A stretch of DNA of 64,000 nucleotides from Candidatus Bathyarchaeota archaeon (GTDB lineage: Archaea > Thermoproteota > Bathyarchaeia > 40CM-2-53-6): positions 576,001 to 640,000 of the forward strand of contig CAVSBL010000002.1 of assembly GCA_963726255.1 (NCBI GenBank), in the 5' to 3' direction. Shown one piece after another: positions 18,090-28,737 of this stretch. A program made the position numbers and the translations under genes. Under the pieces are notes generated by a model. That model saw nothing but the letters and a program-made list of their open reading frames with translations. It did not search any database and was not told the DNA's origin. Every line of letters begins with the position of its first letter. The first letter of the stretch is position 1.

Positions 18090-19262
18090 ATGACAGAACC
18101 TCTTGCTAGTATTGTTTCAGCGGGTGTTTCGAAGTTCGGTGTTCGCGAAGGGCTGTATAGCAGAGAGCTCTTCGCCGAGGCCGCGAGAGAAGCGTTCGAT
18201 GCTTGCCCCAAACTCGATCCCAAACGGGACATCCAAGCCCTCTTCGTTGGGATGATGAGCGAATCCTACGAACACCAAGCCCATGTCGCTCCCCTGCTCT
18301 TAGATTGGATTGGTTTGCTCCCGAATCCCGCTTTCAGAACGGAGGGGGCATGCGCATCCTCAAGCATCGCAATGCGAACTGCATTGTTTGCTATCGTCTC
18401 TGGCCTATACGAGGTGGTCCTTGTGGGGGGCGTAGAGAAGATGACCCATGTCAGCACCACCGGAGTAACTGAGATTCTAGCAATGGCATCAGACTTCCCC
18501 TTCGAACAGTGGCACGGAATCTCCTTTCCTGGTATCTTCGGTATGATGGCGGTAGACCACATGAACCGGTATGGGACCACAGAGGAACAGATGGCTAAGG
18601 TTGCGGTAAAGAATCATGAACACGGAGTCCTCAATCCGAAGGCGCATTTCCAAAAGCGCATAACAGTTGACGAAGTTCTATCATCGCGCCCCGTTGCGTG
18701 GCCCCTGAAACTGTACGATTGCTGCCCCCGATCGGATGGTGCCAGTTGCCTAGTACTTACCTCGCCTAAGATTGCGAGAAAATTCACTGATGCACCCGTG
18801 AACATAATTGGTTCAGGGCAAGCTCAGGACACGCTCGCTCTTTGCCAACGAGAGAATTTTAGCAGTATGAAGGTCACTAAGCTTGCGGCCCAACAAGCAT
18901 ACAAAATGGCCAAAGTCGGGCCGAGCGACATTGACGTGGCCGAATTACACGATTGCTTTACGATTGCGGAGATCATTGCCTACGAAGACTTGGGCTTCTG
19001 CGATCAAGGGAAGGGTGGAAAACTAATCGACGAAGGGGCAACCTACCTGGGGGGGAAGATTCCGGCGAATACTAGCGGGGGACTCAAAGCGAAGGGCCAT
19101 CCCGTCGGGGCGACAGGGACGGCACAAGCGTGTGAGATCTACTTCCAATTAACCAACCAGGCGGGGCGAAGGCAGGTTGCCGGAGCAGAAATTGGGCTCA
19201 CGGAGAACGTTGGTGGGTCAGCCTCAACCGGGGTTGTCCACATCTACAAACGTGGAGACTGA
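18090..19262 (+). CDS. Thiolase, archaeal/SCP2 type
   Basis: EGACASS, GVEKMT, ELHDCFTIAE, NTSGGLKAKGHPVGATG. Confidence 0.93.
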   Translation: MTEPLASIVSAGVSKFGVREGLYSRELFAEAAREAFDACPKLDPKRDIQALFVGMMSESYEHQAHVAPLLLDWIGLLPNPAFRTEGACASSSIAMRTALFAIVSGLYEVVLVGGVEKMTHVSTTGVTEILAMASDFPFEQWHGISFPGIFGMMAVDHMNRYGTTEEQMAKVAVKNHEHGVLNPKAHFQKRITVDEVLSSRPVAWPLKLYDCCPRSDGASCLVLTSPKIARKFTDAPVNIIGSGQAQDTLALCQRENFSSMKVTKLAAQQAYKMAKVGPSDIDVAELHDCFTIAEIIAYEDLGFCDQGKGGKLIDEGATYLGGKIPANTSGGLKAKGHPVGATGTAQACEIYFQLTNQAGRRQVAGAEIGLTENVGGSASTGVVHIYKRGD

Positions 19263-19276
19263 AGGAGACAGAAGAG

Positions 19277-19731
19277 ATGGGAGCATCAATAATGAAAACG
19301 CCCACCGAAAAACCTGGTTTCGTTCGGGACGAGAACGGATTCATAATGCCGACCGTAGAGAACTTCTACAAGTATTGTGGCGAACGGAAGCTCATGGGCG
19401 TCAAATGCAAGGGATGTGGTGAAATCCTTTGGCCCCCTCCGGCATATGCCCGAAATGTTTCTCTTACAAAGTTGAGTGGACGGAATTCAAGGGTAAGGGA
19501 AAGCTTCTAACATACACAATCATTCACTTTCCGCCAAGCCAATTCGTGGCGCTCGCCCCATACGCCGTTGGCATACTCAAGTTGGAAGAGGGCCCTCAGC
19601 TGCCGGGCATGATAAAGAACCTCAAGCTAGAAGACCTGCGGATTGGAATGAACCTTGAGGTCGATTTCGAAGGTTCCGTCCCTAAGGAATGGCCTCGTTG
19701 GCCGCGCTATTTCTTCAAGCCGGTGAGTTAG
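19277..19731 (+). CDS. Zn-ribbon/OB-fold DUF35 (ChsH2-like) thiolase partner; one base missing in the C-run 19433-19437
   Basis: KCKGCG...WPP in one frame; GICPKC...GKLLTYTII...PYAVG in the next. Confidence 0.88.
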
Positions 19732-19836
19732 ATCTACGCTGGGGATCGAAAAACATTATTCCTAATGGAATAATTCGAGGCCTAGAATATTAATGAAGGA
19801 ATATACCGGGCTGGAGGAATCTAACGCATTCACAGT

Positions 19837-20796
19837 GTGGTACTCGTGGTAGAAGCGGAGCTAACAGGGGTTTTCCCGCGTTCCGAGAAACTCGTAGAGG
19901 CAACACGGGCTGTGGCGCGCGGAAAAATCTCACAATCCGAGGTTGATGCGATCTCCGCCGAAGATACGAAATCGCTTGTTGAACTGGAGAAGGCCACATC
20001 CTTGGACGCCTTCGTAGACGGACAGTTGAACTGGCAAGACCTATTCAGACCCTTTTCAGAGTTGTTCACCGGCATTCACCCGGGCGCCCTGACCAGGTGG
20101 TTCGACAACAACACTTTCTACCGGAAACCAGTAATCGTTGAGAAAGTAACGTTTCGTGGCTCAAGAATAGATGAGTTCTTCCGCCATGACATGCTACCAA
20201 CCAACGCCCGTAAGAAAGCCATTCTTCCCGGGCCCTTTACGTTCGCGGCACTAGCAGAAAACTCCGCCTACCCGTCGCTCGTGGACCTTGCAGATGACCT
20301 CGCGCATGCCCTGCGAGAAACCGTGGCCAGCTTGCAGAGATCTGGTTACACTTACTTCCAATTCAATGAACCCGCTCTCGCTGCGGGCGGCGCAACGAAA
20401 CACTATCTCGAAGTCGCGAAACATGCATTCGAGGTTTGTGCAAGAGGCGTGGCGGGGCAAACCATGCTGCAAACATACTTCGGCGACGTCGAGCCTGTGA
20501 TTGACGACCTGTTAGATTATCCGGTGAACTGCATCGGGTTGGACTTCTATGCAACATCAATCGACTCACTGGCTCAGCATGATTTCAATAAAGCACTAGG
20601 GTGCGGCTGCGTCGACGGAAGAAACTCATTGCTTGAAACGGCAACCGATCTCAGCAAGTTTGTAGCAGAGGTCAAGAAACGGTTAGACCCTAAGGGCATA
20701 CGCCTTGGTCCTAACTGTGACTTAGACTTCCTCCCCGAAGTCGTGGCCGAGAAGAAGGTACGCCTTCTAGGCGAAACGGCAAAGTTGGTAACCTGA
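19837..20796 (+). CDS. Split cobalamin-independent methionine synthase, N-terminal-like half
   Basis: GVFPRSE, DGQLNWQD, RWFDNNTFYRKP, LPGPFT, GCVDGRN; Zn-ligand set incomplete. Confidence 0.8.
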   Translation: MVLVVEAELTGVFPRSEKLVEATRAVARGKISQSEVDAISAEDTKSLVELEKATSLDAFVDGQLNWQDLFRPFSELFTGIHPGALTRWFDNNTFYRKPVIVEKVTFRGSRIDEFFRHDMLPTNARKKAILPGPFTFAALAENSAYPSLVDLADDLAHALRETVASLQRSGYTYFQFNEPALAAGGATKHYLEVAKHAFEVCARGVAGQTMLQTYFGDVEPVIDDLLDYPVNCIGLDFYATSIDSLAQHDFNKALGCGCVDGRNSLLETATDLSKFVAEVKKRLDPKGIRLGPNCDLDFLPEVVAEKKVRLLGETAKLVT

Positions 20797-20797
20797 C

Positions 20798-21928
20798 TTG
20801 GGCAGCAGCCTATTCCCAGTGCAGGAAATTGGAAGCCTGCCGAAAGCCCCTTGGCTAATTGCATACCTGCGCGGAAGGAAATTTGAGCAATCCGATTTTG
20901 ACCATTTATCAAAGTGGTCAAAGATTACCGGGTTCGAAGGCGCAGAAGATGCCAAGTCTGTCCTCTCGCTTGCGAAGGCTCCTGAAACCGAAGAGCGAAT
21001 CAGACAACTAGCTTCATTGTTCGGCATCAGGTTTCTCGAATCCGCAGGCCTAGAGTACGTCTACGATGGTGAAGCAAATCGGATCGAAATGTATGAACAC
21101 CCGGTTAGGAACTCAGATGGATTCACATTTTACGGACACGTAAGATCCTTCGATAATAGATACTACAGAAAGGCCGCTTGCATACGTAAAGTAGGATTCC
21201 GAGAACCATACCACTTGAAAGAATTCGATTTTGTGAAACAGCATGCAAAACGGAAAATAAAAGTCCCCATTACCGGACCGTACACAATAGCAGAATGGTC
21301 CTTCAACGAATACTATCAAAAACAACTTGCGAAAAAATATGCGGACCCGCGGCAGCTTAAGTTTGAAGCAAAAAGAGAGTTTGTACTCGACATAGCGAAG
21401 GAAATCATACGGCCGAACCTTCAAGGCCTTGTCGAGGCGGGCGCAGAATGGATCCAAATAGACGAGCCGGCACTCACTACCAAGCCTGCGGAGGTGCCAT
21501 TCTTCGTTGAAGCGTTCAACGAATGCACAGAGGGGATTCAGTGCAAGTTCAGCGTACACGTTTGCTACAGCGACTACAGCCTACTCTACCCATACGTCAT
21601 GGAGCTAAAGAACTGTAGCCAGCTGGCCTTGGAATTCGCCAACCGCGACTACGGCAAAAGAGAAGCGTACGACCAACTCAAGCTCCTCAAGCAGTACGGC
21701 GACGAGAGAGAAATCGGTTTAGGAGTTGCCGACGTGCACATTGATGAGGTTGAAAGCCCCATACTTGTCCGAGACAGAATAGAATACGCGACCAAGATTC
21801 TCGGAGACCCGGGAAAAATCTACGTAAACCCGGATTGTGGCCTGCGAACACGGTCGTGGGACGTAGCGTACGCGAAACTCTGCAATATTGTAAAGGGCGC
21901 CGAGTTGGCAAAGCAATCCATGAGCTGA
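20798..21928 (+). CDS. metE: Split cobalamin-independent methionine synthase, catalytic half
   Basis: EIGSLPK, PITGPYT, IQIDEPA, Zn ligands HVC...E...NPDCGLRT. Confidence 0.87.
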   Translation: MGSSLFPVQEIGSLPKAPWLIAYLRGRKFEQSDFDHLSKWSKITGFEGAEDAKSVLSLAKAPETEERIRQLASLFGIRFLESAGLEYVYDGEANRIEMYEHPVRNSDGFTFYGHVRSFDNRYYRKAACIRKVGFREPYHLKEFDFVKQHAKRKIKVPITGPYTIAEWSFNEYYQKQLAKKYADPRQLKFEAKREFVLDIAKEIIRPNLQGLVEAGAEWIQIDEPALTTKPAEVPFFVEAFNECTEGIQCKFSVHVCYSDYSLLYPYVMELKNCSQLALEFANRDYGKREAYDQLKLLKQYGDEREIGLGVADVHIDEVESPILVRDRIEYATKILGDPGKIYVNPDCGLRTRSWDVAYAKLCNIVKGAELAKQSMS

Positions 21929-21941
21929 CCGTGGAAGCATA

Positions 21942-22838
21942 GTGGAAAGCGCTAGGTCAGAAGGCAAGCCAGCCATGAGAATTTCCGAAATGCTGAAGAC
22001 CAAAAGGCCAATCTTCTCATTGGAATTCTTTCCCCCCAAAACAGAGGAGGCGATGTCTCAGCTCTTTGAAACTCTGAAGGAGGTCAAGAACCTAAACCCT
22101 GGATATGTCTCTGTGACCTACGGTGCTGGCGGTGCAACACGAGACAAAACAATAGACATTGTCACGCGCGCGAAAAGGGAGATTGGCTTGGAGAGCATGG
22201 CGCATCTCACCTGCGTCGGGCATTCGAGGCAAGAGATCAGGGCCATCCTCGACAGATTAGTGGCTTCAGGGATTGAGAACGTTGTCGCCTTGCGCGGTGA
22301 CCCGCCACAAGGACAAACCAAGTTCACGGCCAACCCCGACGGGTTTAGGCACGCAAGCGAACTGGTATCGTTCATCCATGCCTCCTACCCGCTGTGCATC
22401 GCCGTCGCCGGGTACCCCGAAGGGCACATTGAAGCGGCGGACAAGGAGACAGATTGGAACTACCTTTGCCAGAAAGTGCGTGCCGGAGCCGATTTCGTGA
22501 TCACCCAGCTCTTCTTCGACAACAAGCACTTTTTCAGTTTCGAGAGAAGAATGCGGGAAAAAGGCGTAACCGTCCCGATTATTCCAGGCATAATGCCAAT
22601 CACAAACTTCAACCAAATCCTTAGGTTTACTCGCATCTGCGGAGCAACAATTCCACAAAAGCTTGTGACGGACCTAGAACGGATCAAAGATAACCCCGAA
22701 GCAGTTCACGAATATGGTGTCGAACAGGCAACCGGGCAATGCAAGGAACTCTTAGCCCATGGCGTTCCGGGAATTCACTTCTACACGCTAAACAAGTCTA
22801 CAGCAACCCGCGACATTATTCGAAGCCTAAGAAACTGA
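21942..22838 (+). CDS. metF: 5,10-methylenetetrahydrofolate reductase (start may be ATG 21975)
   Basis: SLEFFPPK, SVTYGAGG, AHLTC, ALRGDPP, AGYPEGH, ITQLFFD, HFYTLN. Confidence 0.95.
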   Translation: MESARSEGKPAMRISEMLKTKRPIFSLEFFPPKTEEAMSQLFETLKEVKNLNPGYVSVTYGAGGATRDKTIDIVTRAKREIGLESMAHLTCVGHSRQEIRAILDRLVASGIENVVALRGDPPQGQTKFTANPDGFRHASELVSFIHASYPLCIAVAGYPEGHIEAADKETDWNYLCQKVRAGADFVITQLFFDNKHFFSFERRMREKGVTVPIIPGIMPITNFNQILRFTRICGATIPQKLVTDLERIKDNPEAVHEYGVEQATGQCKELLAHGVPGIHFYTLNKSTATRDIIRSLRN

Positions 22839-22852
22839 AGCCTTGGCTTTTC

Positions 22853-23368
22853 TTACTGCACGATTACGAGGACGGCTTCTTTCTTAATTACTACGCCCTC
22901 TTCAATTAGAATCGATTTTACCTTACCTGCAACTGGTGAAACTATCTCATTTTGCATTTTCATCGCCTCAAGAATCAAAAGAGGGGTTCCAACATCCACA
23001 GACTCGCCTTCTTTCACAAGGATGCTAGTTATTCGGCCTGGCATGGGGGCGCAAATATCACCGCTTAGATGTGAACGCCCCATCCCCTGCGTCGGAATGG
23101 CATAACCCCCTGCTCCGATGGCTTGAACGGAGGCTTGAAAGGCTGTTCCAGCAAGCCAGACGTCCACTTTGTCAGTCGGCAGGACCCTTGTCTGTGCATT
23201 GATGCTGTCCTCGCCCGAACGTATTCGCCAAGTGGAGATATTGCCTTTTGTCAACGGCTCGCTTTCGAAAACCTCTCCGTCGACTGTAACCTGGAAGGCG
23301 CCGTCGCCCTTTTGGTCCACTGATGCGGTATACTCCCTGCCATTGATCTGAACTCTATACGTGCGCAT
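22853..23368 (-). CDS. Biotin carboxyl carrier protein
   Basis: APMPG...LEAMKMQNEI biotinylation motif. Confidence 0.93.
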   Translation of the reverse strand: MRTYRVQINGREYTASVDQKGDGAFQVTVDGEVFESEPLTKGNISTWRIRSGEDSINAQTRVLPTDKVDVWLAGTAFQASVQAIGAGGYAIPTQGMGRSHLSGDICAPMPGRITSILVKEGESVDVGTPLLILEAMKMQNEIVSPVAGKVKSILIEEGVVIKKEAVLVIVQ

Positions 23369-23370
23369 TT

Positions 23371-24867
23371 TTACCACCTTACCCTTTCCCTCATTTGTTC
23401 CGCCCTTGCAGCCATTCGCCACCTCAACGTGCCGCCGTTCCTATGTTCTATAGTGGTCGGGGGGTTCCTAATTCTGCTCGTAGAGGCCGCGACGGCCGCA
23501 AATTTCTCTAAGGTGAGAAAGTTCGCATTCATCCGTGGCAATACGCCGTTTAGATATGTTGTGTCAAAGGCTCCCGCAACGAAACCTTCGTCGCGCATGA
23601 GTAATCTGTGCAAAGGAATTGTCGTCGGCACACCAATTATCTCAATCTCATCGAGCGCGACCTTCATTCGTTGGATCGCTTCAGACCGGTCCCGTCCCGA
23701 TGTTGCAAGCTTTGCAACCAACGAATCATAGTACTCAGGGATCGTATACCCAGAGAACAACGCTGAATCAACACGAACACCTGGCCCTGTCGGCGGATGG
23801 TAATGAATCACGGTGCCCGGCGAGGGGGCGAAACTTCGCGGGTCTTCGGCGTTGATTCGGCAATTCATCGCCCACCCTTCCACCTGAACCTCATTCTGAG
23901 AAATTCCTAGGGAGGAGGTAGATGCTATCGTAATTTGCTCCTCTACGATGTCGATACCGGTTGTCATCTCGGTCACAAGATGCTCAACCTGAAGTCGCTT
24001 GTTGACCTCGAGAAAGTAGAATTCCCCGGTCTTATCGAGCAGAAACTCTACTGTCCCAGCATTTGTGTACCCTCCAGCCGACAATCCCTTTTTGGCTGCG
24101 TTAATCAGTTGTTGCCGGAGCTTTTCGTTCACTGCCACGGATGGTGCTTCTTCAAGGAGTTTCTGGTGCCTACGTTGTATGCTGCATTCACGTTCTCCGA
24201 GGCTGACAATCTTTCCATGCTTATCGCAGACTGCTTGAATCTCAACATGTCTAGGGCTGATCAATCTCTTTTCAATATAGACCTCTCCTCTTCCAAATGC
24301 GGAGAGCGATTCGAGTTTTGTCAATCGGAAGAATCGCCGGGCATCATCGCTCGTTTTTGCAATTCTCATTCCCCTTCCGCCACCGCCATAGACGGCCTTT
24401 AGTATGACTGGGTATCCGATTTTCTCTGCGACATCTGCCGCGTCATCCGCGTCCTTCACAGGTCCATCGGCAGGTATGATTGGAACTCCAGCTTCTTGCA
24501 TTGTTCTTCTGGCCGATAACTTATTGCCAAGTTTCTCCAGAGCGGCGCTTGAGGGGCCGATGAAGTTGAGGCCGTTCTCTTCACACGCCTGAACGAAGGA
24601 ACTCTCTTCAGCTAGGAAACCATATCCCGGATGAACTGCATCGCAACCGGTATCGAGGGCGGCGCGGACGAGCTTTTCCACATTCAAGTAACTCTCCGAT
24701 GGGGTCGCTCCCCCAAGGGCGTACTTTTCATCTGCGTAGCGTAGAGGTAGTGAATCTCGGTCTGGGTCCGAGTAAACTTGAACTGTGCGAACGCCGAGCT
24801 TACGGCACGTTCTGATAATCCTAAGCGCTATCTCGCCTCTGTTGGCAATGAGTAATTTCATCTTCAA
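23371..24867 (-). CDS. accC: Biotin carboxylase subunit of acyl-CoA carboxylase
   Basis: LIANRGEIA, HPGYGFLAE, GGGGRGMR, ERECSIQRRHQK, RLQVEH, YYDSLVAKL. Confidence 0.93.
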   Translation of the reverse strand: MKMKLLIANRGEIALRIIRTCRKLGVRTVQVYSDPDRDSLPLRYADEKYALGGATPSESYLNVEKLVRAALDTGCDAVHPGYGFLAEESSFVQACEENGLNFIGPSSAALEKLGNKLSARRTMQEAGVPIIPADGPVKDADDAADVAEKIGYPVILKAVYGGGGRGMRIAKTSDDARRFFRLTKLESLSAFGRGEVYIEKRLISPRHVEIQAVCDKHGKIVSLGERECSIQRRHQKLLEEAPSVAVNEKLRQQLINAAKKGLSAGGYTNAGTVEFLLDKTGEFYFLEVNKRLQVEHLVTEMTTGIDIVEEQITIASTSSLGISQNEVQVEGWAMNCRINAEDPRSFAPSPGTVIHYHPPTGPGVRVDSALFSGYTIPEYYDSLVAKLATSGRDRSEAIQRMKVALDEIEIIGVPTTIPLHRLLMRDEGFVAGAFDTTYLNGVLPRMNANFLTLEKFAAVAASTSRIRNPPTTIEHRNGGTLRWRMAARAEQMRERVRW

Positions 24868-24917
24868 AGGTCGAGCAGCCTCACTACTTGCGGATCTGTC
24901 GAAGATTGCATATTGAG

Positions 24918-26480
24918 TTAGAGGGGAGGGTTGCCATGCTTCTTGGGCGGCCTAAGTTCGCGTTTATTCAGCGACGCCTCCAAAGCTCGTATTAGCCTTG
25001 GACGTGTTTCTTGTGGTTCAATTACATCGTCAATATACCCACGTTCCGCAGCTACGTAAGGGTTGGCGAACCTTTCACGATAATCCTCCAATAACTTGCT
25101 GACTGCTCTCGGATCTGCGTCTTCAGCGATCTTTTTCCTGTGAATGATCTTGATGGCACTTTCAGGACCCATGACGGCTATTTCGGCGGTAGGCCATGCG
25201 AAATTGAAATCTGCCCGAATGTGCTTGCTTCCAAGGACATCGTATGCTCCCCCGTAGGCCTTGCGTATGATTAGCGTGAGCTTCGGAACTGTAGCTTCAC
25301 AATACGCGTACAGCAATTTAGCCCCGTTCTTGATTATGCCTGAATGCTCTTGATCGACGCCAGGAAGAAAACCTGGGACGTCGACGAACGTTAGAATTGG
25401 AATATTGAACGAGTCACAGAATCGTATGAATCGGGCTGCCTTCATAGAGGAGTTGTTATCCAATGCCCCGGCGTAGTGCTTGGGTTGGTTTGCAACTACA
25501 CCCGCGCTCCGACCGTCCAAGCGTCCGAATCCTATAACTATGTTCGGGGCCCACTGTGCGTGCACCTCCAAGAACGTTCCAGTATCAAGAACTCTCTGAA
25601 TGATTTCTTTCATGTCGTATGGGCGGTTGGGATCTGATGGGACAATTGAGGAAAGTTCATGGTCCATCCTGTTCGGATCATCGCCTGTCTTGACGATGGG
25701 TGGGTCTTCTAAGTTGTTTTGCGGTAGGTAGGAGAGCACTGCTTTGATCAATTGTATTGCTGCAGATTCATCAGCAGCGAAGAAGTGAGAAACACCCGAG
25801 ATTTGGCTGTGGGCAGACGCGCCGCCGAGGGCCTCAAAGGTAACATCCTCATTGAGCACAGACTTAACCACGTCTGGCCCAGTAACGAACATGTAACTGG
25901 TTTTGTCGACCATGATTACGAAGTCGGTCAGTGCCGGAGAGTAAACTGCCCCCCCAGCGCAAGGCCCCATTATCGCAGAGATTTGCGGAACCACCCCGCT
26001 AGCCAGCACGTTCCGCTGGAATATCTCTGCATAGCCACCAAGGCTCACTACCCCCTCCTGAATTCTGGCTCCGCCAGAATCGTTCAATCCGATTATGGGA
26101 ACTCCAACCTTCATGGCTTGGTCCATGACTTTACAGACCTTCATTGCGAAGGTTTCACCCAGTGATCCTCCGAATACTGTGAAATCGTGGGCAAATACAC
26201 AGACCGGGCGACCGTCTACCGTTCCGTGCCCAGTGACAACCCCATCTCCTAGAATTCTGCGGTCCTCCATTCCCGGTGCCACGTTCGGAGTCAAGGCGAA
26301 GCGGTCGAGTTCAACGAAACTGCCCTGGTCGAGGAGAAGGTCTATCCTTTCGCGTGCAGTGAGTTTTCCTTTCGCATGCTGCTGATCGATGCGTTCCTTC
26401 CCGCCCCCAAGGGCGGCTTTCTGCCTGAGTTCTCGCAGTTGATCGATTTTTGTTTTAATTTTGGAACCGGTTTCTTTCAA
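24918..26480 (-). CDS. pccB: Acyl-CoA (propionyl-CoA) carboxylase carboxyltransferase subunit
   Basis: KGKLTARERI, DSGGARIQEG, GPCAGGAVYSPA, VDVPGFLPG, KKHGNPPL. Confidence 0.92.
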   Translation of the reverse strand: MKETGSKIKTKIDQLRELRQKAALGGGKERIDQQHAKGKLTARERIDLLLDQGSFVELDRFALTPNVAPGMEDRRILGDGVVTGHGTVDGRPVCVFAHDFTVFGGSLGETFAMKVCKVMDQAMKVGVPIIGLNDSGGARIQEGVVSLGGYAEIFQRNVLASGVVPQISAIMGPCAGGAVYSPALTDFVIMVDKTSYMFVTGPDVVKSVLNEDVTFEALGGASAHSQISGVSHFFAADESAAIQLIKAVLSYLPQNNLEDPPIVKTGDDPNRMDHELSSIVPSDPNRPYDMKEIIQRVLDTGTFLEVHAQWAPNIVIGFGRLDGRSAGVVANQPKHYAGALDNNSSMKAARFIRFCDSFNIPILTFVDVPGFLPGVDQEHSGIIKNGAKLLYAYCEATVPKLTLIIRKAYGGAYDVLGSKHIRADFNFAWPTAEIAVMGPESAIKIIHRKKIAEDADPRAVSKLLEDYRERFANPYVAAERGYIDDVIEPQETRPRLIRALEASLNKRELRPPKKHGNPPL

Positions 26481-26605
26481 TGTTCGTCGACCAAGTTACA
26501 GTGCGGAGCTATTATTCAGCCCGCTTATCAAAGCGAGCGGAAAAACCCACGCTCTTCAAGGGTAGGATGAAAAGAGCCTTCAATCGTTAAAAGGGCAGCT
26601 GCAGT

Positions 26606-27427
26606 TCAGAAGTCTGGATACTCCACGCCGACCACGAAACCCGTTTCAATCTGACGATAGGATCCATAAACCGTTCTGATTCGAACTGTGGTGAATGATT
26701 CGTAGCCAGCCATGATTCCGGAGATTTCTTCGCCCTGAAGCTTGATTCTTACTTGCCTTCCACTTGAGCAATCTAGTTCCTGCAGCAACACTTTTGCATC
26801 GTTTAGGTTGGAGGATCCTAGCTCGTAGACGTTCTCTATTTCCATAAGGAGAAGGGCAATTATTGATCCCCTGTCGACGGGTGAGCCGAGAAGGTCCTCG
26901 AGTGAGGTCGCCTTTGAGCTTACCTCGCCTAGCACGGTTGAGTGAAAGTTGGCGTTGATTCCTACGCCTAGAAGTGCATATTCTACTTGGTTCCCTTTGA
27001 ACTTGGTTTCCACTAAGACGCCTGCGAGTTTACGGCCGCCAACAAAAATGTCGTTAGGCCATCGCACACGCGCCTTGACGCTTGGGCTGGAGTTGATGGT
27101 TTTGGCCGCAGCTAGCGCGGCGATTAATGGGAGGGCGTTCAAAGGGTCAAGTGTTGAAGGTGGACGAAGCAGGGTTGTCAACCAAATTCCGCCCCTTGGG
27201 GAAAGCCAAGTGCGGCCTTGGCGGCCACGGCCCGCGGTCTGTTCCTCAGCGAGGATAGTGTAACCGTGGGAGGCACCAGCGTTGGCGCGTTGTGCGACCA
27301 CATCGTTCGTCGACGTGCAACTGTCAAGAACCTCCAACGGCCGGCCTAACTGTTTCGTTCTCAGTTTTCTGAGGATTGAGTCACGGTCAAGGTTCGGAAT
27401 GGGTTTCAAGCGGCGCACTTCCCACAA
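26606..27427 (-). CDS. birA: Biotin-protein ligase
   Basis: STN, QTAGRGRQGRTWLSP, WPND, KLAGVL, GVGIN. Confidence 0.93.
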   Translation of the reverse strand: MWEVRRLKPIPNLDRDSILRKLRTKQLGRPLEVLDSCTSTNDVVAQRANAGASHGYTILAEEQTAGRGRQGRTWLSPRGGIWLTTLLRPPSTLDPLNALPLIAALAAAKTINSSPSVKARVRWPNDIFVGGRKLAGVLVETKFKGNQVEYALLGVGINANFHSTVLGEVSSKATSLEDLLGSPVDRGSIIALLLMEIENVYELGSSNLNDAKVLLQELDCSSGRQVRIKLQGEEISGIMAGYESFTTVRIRTVYGSYRQIETGFVVGVEYPDF

Positions 27428-27679
27428 GCCATCGTTGTTACCTAGCCTAACTAGGCATCTATCAAAGCAGGACGGAGGCGATAAGGTCCATGGTCAACGC
27501 CAAAGCCGATGAGCAGGTGACTCAGCATCTCGCCAACGAGAAAACCCTGCGAGTCTTGAAGAGGCTCTTAGAGTATGAGAGGAAGGAGGGCAAGAACCCC
27601 TTGCGCATATTGTCAGACAAGACTGCCGTCGAGATTGTGGCCGAGGGTAGGGAGTGATGGCATGCTACTTGGACACAAT

Positions 27680-27757
27680 ACCCAGCAAACGTCCAAGGAT
27701 TCATACTACACAAACTCTGGATGATGTTGGGCTAGGGCAGACAGACACGGCAAACAC
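27680..27757 (+). pseudogene. Degenerate copy of the 5' end of the gene at 29137
   Basis: PANVQGFILHKLWMM versus PAHIQGFILYKLWMM; near-identical nucleotides to 29150-29232, then an indel and stop. Confidence 0.75.
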
Positions 27758-27873
27758 TGATAGATGCGAAACCCGAAAGATACTCGGCGAGATCCCTCGC
27801 TTCATGTGGCCGCTGTTCTTCCAGATGCAGCAAGACGTAAATTGCAGCACACACATACACACACAGACCGACC

Positions 27874-28107
27874 ATGGGGACCAAGAACATAGCCGTTTCC
27901 GACGAGGCGTACCAGTTGCTCAAGGCGCTCAAGAGGCCTAGCGAAAGCTTCACGGACGTTATTGAGAGAATAACCGGAGGAAGCGCGGTTCTGGACCTGG
28001 CAGGAATTGTGTCCAAAACAGAGGCCAACAGCATCGAGAAACGCGTCAAGAAAATCAGAAGGCAAAGTTCTCAACGAATCCTTAGCACGGCTGAAGGGAT
28101 GAAGTAG
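27874..28107 (+). CDS. vapB: Antitoxin, DUF217/VapB family
   Basis: TKNIAVSDEAYQLLKALK...ESFTDVIER; directly upstream of a PIN gene. Confidence 0.88.
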   Translation: MGTKNIAVSDEAYQLLKALKRPSESFTDVIERITGGSAVLDLAGIVSKTEANSIEKRVKKIRRQSSQRILSTAEGMK

Positions 28108-28109
28108 AC

Positions 28110-28502
28110 TTGCTGGCCGACACGACATTCATAATTGATGTAATGAGGAACGACGCAAGTGCGGTTCGAAAAGCTGAGGATCTATCAGGCGTTTCAATCT
28201 CTATTTTGGTAGGAACACCGACCGTTTTTGAACTGTACGTCGGAGTGGGTTTGAGTGTGAGGTCCGCTGAGGAGAGGGAAAAGATACTTGGTATACTCAG
28301 GTCGCTCCCTCACTTATCCTTGGACGTCGCCTCGGCATCCAAAGCGGGAATGATTTACGCCCAACGTGTCAAAGAGAAAACTAAGATTGATCCCGAAGAC
28401 GCTATGCTGGCGGGTATTGCGATTCAAAACAATGAGCCTCTGCTAACTCGAAACAGAAAGGATTTCGCAGGAATACCTGAACTGAAGGTCGAAACGTACT
28501 AG
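28110..28502 (+). CDS. vapC: PIN-domain toxin
   Basis: DTTFIID, E, DAMLAGIA, LLTRNRKDF. Confidence 0.92.
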   Translation: MLADTTFIIDVMRNDASAVRKAEDLSGVSISILVGTPTVFELYVGVGLSVRSAEEREKILGILRSLPHLSLDVASASKAGMIYAQRVKEKTKIDPEDAMLAGIAIQNNEPLLTRNRKDFAGIPELKVETY

Positions 28503-28737
28503 GGAAAAAGAAAATCGTCAAGAAGTGGAAGCAGAGGAAACAGGAAACCGGCAAACACCAAGTCCACGCGATAAAAAGGGTACGCTCAATCATTATGGTC
28601 CAATGAATTCACCACGCCATCAACCGACTCAGCAGTCGCTTGACTCTCGGATTTCAACCGCAGACTTGACGTTACCGAATTCAGCAAGCCTCTAAAGAAA
28701 AACAGAGGACGACGAAAAAGGGAGAAAAGGAAGAGCT

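Noticed and set aside
19429-19445. DUF35 gene split into two ORFs
   Set aside because: One base missing in a C5 run; no BHB fold found
27490-27657. 55-aa ORF MVNAKADEQ...
   Set aside because: It has a possible RBS but no recognisable motif; not enough support to call
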